The notes under the pieces were generated by a model. It had not been told where the DNA came from, did not search any database, and saw only the letters and a program-made list of their open reading frames with translations. Made by a program: the position numbers and the translations under genes. From the NCBI RefSeq assembly GCF_000025665.1, contig NC_013926.1, positions 420,001-452,000 on the forward strand: DNA of 32,000 bases. The letters run 5' to 3'. This document shows positions 25,535 through 32,000 of this stretch, piece after piece (the first letter of the stretch is position 1; each line of letters begins with the position of its first letter). The DNA comes from Aciduliprofundum boonei T469. GTDB lineage: Archaea > Thermoplasmatota > Thermoplasmata > Thermoplasmatales > Aciduliprofundaceae.

Positions 25535-26128
25535 TCATATCCTATCATCTATTATTTTTCTAACATCCTCATAAACTTCATTCAGATTTCTATTACTATC
25601 CACCACAAAGAATCCATACTTATCTGCGAGATCCATATATATATCCTGCACCCTCTCCAAAAACTCTTCCCTCTCAAACTTCTCCTTGAAATCCCTTGTA
25701 TTGACAAAATCTAACCCTCTCCTTGGTTCTATCTTCAATAGAATAACCATGTCCGGGTCAAGGCGCATGGGCTCATACACGCCTTCTAACCATTTTAAAG
25801 CTTTATCCAGGGGCATTAGTTTTTCCATTTGCGCCCCTTGATAGGCGAAAGTTGAGTAAACATATCTATCCGAGATGACAATCTTCCCATCTTCCAAATT
25901 TTTCTTTATTGCCTCAACATGCTCGGCTCTATCTGCAAAGAACAATAACGCCTGTGATAATGGATTTTTTTCCTCCTCAATTGCTCTGCGAACATCCTTT
26001 CCCATCCAGGTTGTTGTGGGCTCTTCTGTGAGAAAAATATCATGGCCTAAAGAGCTCAAATGCTTAGCAATCCTCCTTGCAATCGTGCTCTTGCCACTAC
26101 CGTCAATGCCCTCAAAGACGATAAACAT
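25535..26128 (-). CDS. tmk: Thymidylate kinase
   Basis: 197 aa with MFIVFEGIDGSGKST (P-loop), the DRY motif (SDRYVYST), and a Tmk-like lid region. Confidence 0.92.
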   Translation of the reverse strand: MFIVFEGIDGSGKSTIARRIAKHLSSLGHDIFLTEEPTTTWMGKDVRRAIEEEKNPLSQALLFFADRAEHVEAIKKNLEDGKIVISDRYVYSTFAYQGAQMEKLMPLDKALKWLEGVYEPMRLDPDMVILLKIEPRRGLDFVNTRDFKEKFEREEFLERVQDIYMDLADKYGFFVVDSNRNLNEVYEDVRKIIDDRI

Positions 26129-26149
26129 AAGGGCTTATAGGATAGCAAG

Positions 26150-26157
26150 ATATTTAA
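26150..26157 (+). promoter_or_regulatory. TATA-like box (atatttaa) for the HPS-RraA-like gene
   Basis: It is centred about 26 nt upstream of the ATG at 26180. Confidence 0.45.
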
Positions 26158-26179
26158 CTTTGCACCCCATGTTTATTCT

Positions 26180-27460
26180 ATGCCCATACTTCAAGTTGCA
26201 TTAGATTTTATGATTTTAGAGCGTGCCTTAAAAGTGGCAGATGAGGCAGTTAAAGGTGGTGCTGATTGGATTGAAGTTGGAACTCCGTTGATAAAGAGCG
26301 AGGGTATGAGAGCGGTTAGAGAGATTAAGAGAAGATTCAAAAAGACCGTGGTAGCGGATTTAAAAACCATGGATGTTGGCCGTGTTGAAGTTGAGATGGC
26401 CACAAAAAGTGGTGCCTCCGTGGTAACAGTTCTATCCTTAGCAGATGATTCAACAATAGAAGATTCCATAAAAGCCGCCAGAAAATATGGAGCAAGGGTT
26501 ATGGTAGATTTAATAAATCATCCAGAGCCGGCAAAGAGGGCCAAAGAAGTGGAAAAATTAGGAGCAGATTATGTGTGCGTGCATGTGGGCGTGGACCAGC
26601 AGATGCTTGGCAAAAACCCATTGGAGATTTTGAGAGAAGTTGCTTCAACTGTGAGCATACCCGTTGCTGCTGCTGGAGGCATAAACAGCGAGACCGCTGC
26701 GGATATTGTGAAGAATGGTGCTGATATTGTTATTGTTGGTGGCGCTATAATAAAAGCTCCCAATGTGGAGGAGGCTGCAAGGAAAATTAAAGAGGCGATA
26801 GAGAAGGGGATTAAAATAAAAAGTGAACTATACAAAAAGTACGGAGAGGAAGAATTGAAAGATGCCTTTATGAAAGTTTCAACTCCAAATTTAAGTGATG
26901 CCATGCATCGTAAAGGTGCTTTGGGAGATTTTATAAAATTAGGCGGTGGAAAAGTTGTGGGTAAAGCGGTAACGGTGAGAACATTGGATGGTGATTGGGC
27001 AAAAGCGGTTGAAGCAATAGATGTTGCAAATCCTGGAGATGTTATTGTCATTGACGCACAGGATGGAAAAACGGCTGTTTGGGGAGAACTAGCCACATGG
27101 AGCTGCAAGGTAAAAGGCATAGCAGGAGTGGTAATTTATGGGGCTGCAAGAGATGTGGATGAGATTAAAAAAGCGGATTATCCGGTATTTGCAAGACACA
27201 TTGCACCAAATGCTGGAGAGCCAAAGGGATTTGGTGAAATTGGAGTAGAACTGAATATTATGGGCGTAAAAATCAAGCCGGGAGATTGGATAATCGGGGA
27301 CGAGAGCGGAATAGCCGTAGTGCCGAGAGAGGATGCAGTGGAGATAGCAAATCGCGCCTTGGATGTTATGGAGCATGAGAATAGAATTCGAGAGGAGATA
27401 AAAAGAGGTGGAACACTCTCCTCTGTTATGGAATTAGAAAAATGGGAAGTTGAAAGATGA
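26180..27460 (+). CDS. Fusion protein: 3-hexulose-6-phosphate synthase (OMPDC-fold) plus RraA-like/HMG-aldolase-like domain
   Basis: 426 aa. The N-terminal ~210 aa read ILQVALDF...WIEVGTPLIK...VADLKTMD...VHVGVDQQ...AAAGGI...VIVGGAI, an HPS pattern. The C-terminal ~200 aa read TPNLSDAMHRKGAL...GDVIVIDA...AVWGELAT...KGIAGVVIYGAARD, an RraA/MenG-like pattern. Confidence 0.85.
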   Translation: MPILQVALDFMILERALKVADEAVKGGADWIEVGTPLIKSEGMRAVREIKRRFKKTVVADLKTMDVGRVEVEMATKSGASVVTVLSLADDSTIEDSIKAARKYGARVMVDLINHPEPAKRAKEVEKLGADYVCVHVGVDQQMLGKNPLEILREVASTVSIPVAAAGGINSETAADIVKNGADIVIVGGAIIKAPNVEEAARKIKEAIEKGIKIKSELYKKYGEEELKDAFMKVSTPNLSDAMHRKGALGDFIKLGGGKVVGKAVTVRTLDGDWAKAVEAIDVANPGDVIVIDAQDGKTAVWGELATWSCKVKGIAGVVIYGAARDVDEIKKADYPVFARHIAPNAGEPKGFGEIGVELNIMGVKIKPGDWIIGDESGIAVVPREDAVEIANRALDVMEHENRIREEIKRGGTLSSVMELEKWEVER

Positions 27461-27973
27461 TTAGAACCTGCTATCTACCTGCATAAATTCCTCATCGTAC
27501 ATTACACTTTCAAATTCTATTATCTCCTCGTATTGCTGCTTGAGTATCTTGTAATGTCCCTCTTCAATCTTTGCCATATACTTCATTATCGTTTTTACCC
27601 TTGTATCTTTCATCTTCTCTGCTATGCTCTCGTAATAATCCTTAGCACTAAGCTCTGCTCTCATGGCTCCTTCAAGAATCTTTCTTATATCCGTGGTTCC
27701 ACCCAACTCCTTAAATATGCTTATTTCTGGAAATTCAGGTATAAAATCAGGATTCTCTGGTGGTTTTGGCTCCTTGCCATTGAAAAGGTCCTTATAAAGT
27801 TCAACGAGAATTTCCCTGTGCCTGTCCTCCTCCTTGGCAAGTGCCTCAAGTCTGGTCTTTAAAAATGGATTTTTTGCCTCTTCCGCTACCTTGCTGTAAA
27901 CTTCCTTTGCAACTTCCTCGCTCTTTATTCCAAGCAATATTAAATCCTCTAAACTATATTTGCTTACATCCAT
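27461..27973 (-). CDS. Ferritin-like/rubrerythrin-family diiron-type protein (no rubredoxin domain)
   Basis: 170 aa with two helical repeats carrying E...ExxH pairs (SEEVAKEVY...AKEEDRHREIL and MRAELSAKDYY...IEEGHYKIL). Confidence 0.7.
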   Translation of the reverse strand: MDVSKYSLEDLILLGIKSEEVAKEVYSKVAEEAKNPFLKTRLEALAKEEDRHREILVELYKDLFNGKEPKPPENPDFIPEFPEISIFKELGGTTDIRKILEGAMRAELSAKDYYESIAEKMKDTRVKTIMKYMAKIEEGHYKILKQQYEEIIEFESVMYDEEFMQVDSRF

Positions 27974-28180
27974 AGCAAGGGATAAACTCTCAAGAGTATA
28001 AACATTTTCCTAGCATAAAGATAATTATACTACTTCGCCATATCTTTAAGGCGGTGAGAACTCTTGAAAAATAACATTACAAAGAGAAATCTCACAAAAT
28101 ATGAAATGAGAAGAGCTATGCTTCGCAAACACAAGATTCAAAGGTATTTCAAAAGATTACTCCTAATAAAAAGAGGTTTT

Positions 28181-29278
28181 ATGTTTAAAACCCTCAGAAC
28201 TTCAACAATAAAGGTAACAAAACCAAAAATTAGTGTTGGCGAGGGGCTCGCAATATTGATAGGCACTCAAATCGGTGCGGGTGTTCTAGGACTTCCCTAC
28301 GCTGCTGCTCAAGTAGGTTTAATCCCAGCCATCATAATTTTATTTGGGATTATGGGAATTCTTCTGCTAACCGCCCTCTTAACACTCAAACTCTCCGTAG
28401 AAATGGGTGGAGCTCAGATGAGCACAATAGCGTATAGAACTTTGGGAAGTTTGGGTGGATGGATTATGTATATAAGCATAAGTGTTATGAGCTTTGGAGC
28501 TCTTTTAGCTTACATATCTGGAATGGGCAGTGTTATGAGTTCTTTATTTTCAATAAACACCACTCTGGGTGCATTGATCTTCTGGATTTTTGCCTCTATA
28601 ATCATATATATGGGCATAGAGGCGAGTGGTAAAACTGAACTTATAATGAACTATGTGATGATTCTTCTTTTTATAGGGGTAATAATAATGCTAGTTCCCC
28701 ATGCTAATGTAAAAAATGCTCTTTATGTTAAATGGGGTGGTATTTTCGCCATAACTGGTGTATCCATATTTGCATTGGGCTGTCATATGGTAATACCGGA
28801 TGTGTATAAGGGAATTGGAGATTACAACAAAACTAAGAGAGTGATTGTCTTATCTTTCTTAATACCCACCATAATTTATTCCCTGTTTATGGCAGCATTC
28901 TTGCTTGTATATGGAGCAAAAACTCCACAAATTGCTACACAGGCCCTTAGCTCGTTTTATGGTAAATTTGGGGAGATTGTGGGAAATGTTATCCCTTTTA
29001 TAGCAATTATCACCAGTTATATCGGCGTGGGTTTAGCCCAGCAAAGCAACAGTGTTGAGTATATCAATATGAAAAAGTGGCTGGCATGGAGCTTAACAGT
29101 CGTACCACCTCTTTTAGTTTACCTGCTTGGAATTTCAAACTTTACTTATATTCTGGCATTTGCAGGAAGTACCGGGGATCTCACAGCGTTTATAATTCTA
29201 CCGCTAGCTATGTGGCTCGTAAAATGGTTGAGAAATTACAAAAAGATTAAAATACCTAGCCCAATTGTAAGGAGGTGA
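28181..29278 (+). CDS. Amino acid permease (hydroxy/aromatic amino acid permease-like)
   Basis: I prefer the internal ATG at 28181, preceded by AGAGG. The upstream 39 codons of ORF 28064 start at TTG and are extremely basic. The 365-aa product has about 11 TM segments and an N-terminal LIGTQIGAGVLGLPYAAAQVG motif typical of this transporter class. Confidence 0.8.
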   Translation: MFKTLRTSTIKVTKPKISVGEGLAILIGTQIGAGVLGLPYAAAQVGLIPAIIILFGIMGILLLTALLTLKLSVEMGGAQMSTIAYRTLGSLGGWIMYISISVMSFGALLAYISGMGSVMSSLFSINTTLGALIFWIFASIIIYMGIEASGKTELIMNYVMILLFIGVIIMLVPHANVKNALYVKWGGIFAITGVSIFALGCHMVIPDVYKGIGDYNKTKRVIVLSFLIPTIIYSLFMAAFLLVYGAKTPQIATQALSSFYGKFGEIVGNVIPFIAIITSYIGVGLAQQSNSVEYINMKKWLAWSLTVVPPLLVYLLGISNFTYILAFAGSTGDLTAFIILPLAMWLVKWLRNYKKIKIPSPIVRR

Positions 29279-29283
29279 GAAAT

Positions 29284-29514
29284 ATGATAACTGGATATAT
29301 ATTAATTGCTGTAGCACCTGGAATGGAAGATGCAGTATATGCCCAACTTAAAAAAATACCGGAAATAAAGCAGATTAAATCAGTGTTTGGCGAATACGAT
29401 ATAATAGCTACAATAGATTCAAAGAATATAAAAGAGTTGAGCAAGATCATAGTAAAGAAGATAAGGCCCATTGAAGGTGTTATCACCACGGGTACATTGA
29501 TAAGCATGGAGTGA
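29284..29514 (+). CDS. Stand-alone Lrp/AsnC-type ligand-binding (RAM) domain protein
   Basis: 76 aa. MITGYILIAVAPGMEDAVYAQLKKIPEIKQIKSVFGEYDIIATIDSKNIKELSKIIVKKIRPIEGVITTGTLI shows the beta-alpha-beta-beta-alpha-beta RAM pattern with no HTH. GGAGGTGA lies 6 nt upstream of the ATG. Confidence 0.7.
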   Translation: MITGYILIAVAPGMEDAVYAQLKKIPEIKQIKSVFGEYDIIATIDSKNIKELSKIIVKKIRPIEGVITTGTLISME

Positions 29515-29532
29515 AGGATAATTTATTTTAGC

Positions 29533-30255
29533 ATGCGTCCCTATATCTCCTCAATGATTAATTTCCATATCCATAGCACCTGGAGCGATGGCTTATACAC
29601 CCCTGAAATAATAGTTAGAGAGGCAATAAAGAAAAAAATGGAAAAAATAGCAATTACAGACCACTATGAGACAAAGAAAGTCAACTCTGTACCAAAGAAA
29701 TATCTAAAAATGTATGTGGAAGATTTGAAAGCTCTTAGAAGGAAGTATGGAGATAAAATAGATATTTACATAGGGATTGAAGTTGATTTTTCACCTCGCA
29801 CAAATATTGATAATTTACCAAATTTTGAGGAGTTCGATCTTGTTCTATTTGAATATGTTCAAGATTCTCTCTGGGACGGGTACCCGCTCTGGATGCTCCT
29901 TGACAAAAGAAAGGAAATTGACGCCTTCGTAATCTTAGCTCACAATGACCTAAATAAAAACTTTGGAGATGCCAATATAGATGCTTTTTTGCGAGTTTTA
30001 GAATCTGATAGAATAGGTGTGGAATTGAATACGAGTATGAATTACACAAAACTTGGCACTTACTACTATCGCCTTGCAGAAGATATATTCAAAGAGATGA
30101 AAAATTACAAAATCCCGATATCTGTGGGAAGCGATATGCATGAGGATATTGAGAGAGTTGATGATGTTAAAGATGCACTTTCATTCATCCAAGAATTACA
30201 TCTTGAAGATAACCTAAAATTGTTCTTGAAGGAGGTGAGTGAGAATGAAGGATAG
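29533..30255 (+). CDS. PHP-domain phosphoesterase (HisJ/histidinol-phosphatase-like)
   Basis: NFHIHSTWSDG, ITDH, GIEVD, AHN and GSDMH are PHP metal-ligand motifs. An alternative start at 29554 (MINFHIHS) gives the canonical PHP N-terminus. Confidence 0.8.
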   Translation: MRPYISSMINFHIHSTWSDGLYTPEIIVREAIKKKMEKIAITDHYETKKVNSVPKKYLKMYVEDLKALRRKYGDKIDIYIGIEVDFSPRTNIDNLPNFEEFDLVLFEYVQDSLWDGYPLWMLLDKRKEIDAFVILAHNDLNKNFGDANIDAFLRVLESDRIGVELNTSMNYTKLGTYYYRLAEDIFKEMKNYKIPISVGSDMHEDIERVDDVKDALSFIQELHLEDNLKLFLKEVSENEG

Positions 30256-31048
30256 AGTTGCGATTGTTTGTGGTGCAAGCAAGGGCATGGGTAAAGCAAT
30301 AGCGAAAGAGTTTGCAAAGAATGGAGCCAAGGTTGTCCTCGTGGCCCGTAATGAAGAGAATCTCCTAAAAACTATGCAAGAAATAACAGCAGAAAATGTA
30401 CAGAGGTTTGATAAGGGAATCACAAATAGGGTCTTGGCCATCCCAGGAGATGTTAGAAACAAGGATGATATTAAAAGAGTGATTAAAGAAACTGTAGATG
30501 AATTTGGTGCAATACATATCCTTGTAAATAATGCCGGTGGTCCACCAGCAGGATATTTTGAGGATTTCAAAGATGATGACTGGTACAACGCATTTAACTT
30601 AACATTTATGAGTGTAGTTAGATTCATACGCGAGGTTGCACCCTACATGAAAAATCAAAAGTATGGAAGAATAATAAACATAACATCCATGAGCGTGAAA
30701 CAACCGATAGATAATCTAATTCTTTCTAACACGATGCGCCTTGCTGTGGTTGGCTTAGCAAAGACCCTAGCAACTCAGTGGGCAAAGTATGGAATCACAA
30801 TAAACAACATAGCTCCTGGACCAATATACACTGAGAGAATTAAAGAATTGTCGTGGAGCATAGCTGAGAAAAAGGGCATTACCTACGAAGAAGCTTTAAA
30901 AAGTTGGATTAAGGAAGTCCCTGCAGAGAGATTTGGTGAGCCTGAGGAGGTTGCCTATCTCGCCTCTTTCATAGCTTCCGAGCGTGCTGGTTATATAAAC
31001 GGAACGACCATTCAAATAGACGGTGGCACAATAAAATTCGTTCTTTAA
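30245..31048 (+). CDS. Short-chain dehydrogenase/reductase family protein with an atypical catalytic site
   Basis: The ATG at 30245 lies 6 nt after GGAGGTGA. The protein has VCGASKGMGKA (Rossmann), VNNAGG and NITS. SNTMR occupies the position of the YxxxK motif. Confidence 0.88.
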   Translation: MKDRVAIVCGASKGMGKAIAKEFAKNGAKVVLVARNEENLLKTMQEITAENVQRFDKGITNRVLAIPGDVRNKDDIKRVIKETVDEFGAIHILVNNAGGPPAGYFEDFKDDDWYNAFNLTFMSVVRFIREVAPYMKNQKYGRIINITSMSVKQPIDNLILSNTMRLAVVGLAKTLATQWAKYGITINNIAPGPIYTERIKELSWSIAEKKGITYEEALKSWIKEVPAERFGEPEEVAYLASFIASERAGYINGTTIQIDGGTIKFVL

Positions 31049-32000
31049 TCTCTCTTTTCTCCAATTTTGAAAATTATTGCTCCAAGAAATGCAATTACAA
31101 AGGAAAAGATCATAAGATAACGGTACTGGTTTACAATGCTCATAAACACTCCTCCAAGAATTGGGCCTAAGAATGCACCTATACCTATTGATGAATTCAA
31201 TAACCCTGTGGCTGTTGCCTTTTCCCTATTTTTAGTAGTCAGGTAATTAAGAGAGCCCACATAGAGGAATGCCCAAGAGGTTGCGAGCATAACCTGAACA
31301 GGTATCATCTCCCAAACATTCGTGATTATAGAATACGATAGAAATGTAAGCGCGGATAAAACCAAGCCCCACAAAATCAAACTCGAACTTCTCTTTGTGT
31401 CTGCATAATAAAACATGATGAAAAATTGTGCTGTGGAGTTTATTCCCATCGTGGCAGCCTGCCAGAAAGAGTTTCCTCCGATGGATTTAACAAAGAGGGG
31501 CCAGTAAGCCCAAATCATCGTAGCTGCAGAGTGCCTGAATATGTAGCCAAGATAAAGGTTCCAGTTTCTTTTTATAACCCCAAGAGGTATCTTGGGCACC
31601 TTCTCAACTCTAACTCCAGTATCTTTAATCCCCGAGGATATTGCAAAGGCTATTAAAAAAATCAAAGATGAAAAAATATAAGTTGCTTTGAGTCCAAAAA
31701 AGAGGGAAACTATGCCCGCTATGTAAGAGCCCATTGCCCATCCTGCTGCTCCAAACGCCGATAACTTTCCCATCCTCATATTTTCATCATGAGCCAGCGA
31801 GATTATCGCTGCTGGAAATATTCCTGCTGCAAATCCAGCGAGCACTCGAAGGAGTAAGAGCGAGTAATAATTCCAGTAAAAATACTGAAAGAGAAATGCG
31901 ATAGATGCAACGAGAAATCCAGAAATAATGAATATCTTTCTCCCATGCAAATCTGCCAAACGACCAAAAATCATAGAGGATAGAAAATAAGCAAGATTGT
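31045..32000 (-). CDS. Major facilitator superfamily transporter, partial (N-terminus beyond window end)
   Basis: ORF 31045..31974. The frame stays open upstream to position 32000 (...NLAYFLSSMIFGRLADLHGRK). GRLADLHGRK is the MFS TM2-TM3 loop motif, so TM1-2 lie outside the window. About 10 TM segments are visible. Confidence 0.8.
   Translation of the reverse strand, partial: NLAYFLSSMIFGRLADLHGRKIFIISGFLVASIAFLFQYFYWNYYSLLLLRVLAGFAAGIFPAAIISLAHDENMRMGKLSAFGAAGWAMGSYIAGIVSLFFGLKATYIFSSLIFLIAFAISSGIKDTGVRVEKVPKIPLGVIKRNWNLYLGYIFRHSAATMIWAYWPLFVKSIGGNSFWQAATMGINSTAQFFIMFYYADTKRSSSLILWGLVLSALTFLSYSIITNVWEMIPVQVMLATSWAFLYVGSLNYLTTKNREKATATGLLNSSIGIGAFLGPILGGVFMSIVNQYRYLMIFSFVIAFLGAIIFKIGEKRD

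Noticed and set aside
26569-27120. 183-aa minus-strand ORF, plus 26191..26469 and 27089..27376, opposite the HPS-RraA-like gene
   Set aside because: These are antisense shadows of a well-supported gene. Their composition is dominated by S/P/A/T/F and no family signal is present.
28064-28180. N-terminal 39-codon extension of the permease ORF (TTG start; MKNNITKRNLTKYEMRRAMLRKHKIQRYFKRLLLIKRGF)
   Set aside because: It is extremely basic, starts at TTG, and is unlike a transporter N-terminus. The ATG at 28181 is preceded by AGAGG and gives a normal N-terminus. I also looked at the 207-nt gap 27974-28180 for a tRNA or structured RNA. It is AT-rich, and its only structure is a trivial 4-bp hairpin.

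Overview
Gene-dense archaeal chromosome segment with about 40 CDS, almost no intergenic DNA, and no rRNA, tRNA, CRISPR or mobile element that I could see. All calls come from reading the supplied translations plus my own reverse-complement translations and recalling family motifs; no searches were run. Archaeal hallmarks: RadA, class V fructose-1,6-bisphosphate aldolase/phosphatase, tungsten-type aldehyde:ferredoxin oxidoreductase, a Pcc1-like KEOPS subunit, KaiC-like ATPases, and TATA-like boxes centred about 26 nt upstream of many start codons. An O6-alkylguanine alkyltransferase-endonuclease V fusion, the peptidolytic gene set (M32 and M24 peptidases, aminotransferase, AOR, amino acid permease) and the low GC suggest a Thermoplasmata/DHVE2-like euryarchaeon (inference only). 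Most of the window is housekeeping: cysS, radA, gap, fbp, feoAB, purC, tmk, HPS. The stand-out region is 13.7-18.4 kb, which looks more AT-rich than its flanks. It holds two tightly coupled cassettes, each combining a winged-helix DNA-binding protein, a KaiC-fold protein that has lost its P-loop, and an intact KaiC/GvpD-like P-loop ATPase. Cassette 1 also has a truncated receiver-like protein. This looks like an uncharacterised ATPase-driven transcription switch. Secondary points: several domain fusions (AGT-EndoV, HPS-RraA-like, FeoA-FeoA); a bacterial-type GAPDH in an archaeal context; an SDR with its catalytic Tyr/Lys replaced; zero or negative spacing at all seven convergent gene junctions; and a leaderless versus Shine-Dalgarno split between first and internal operon genes.
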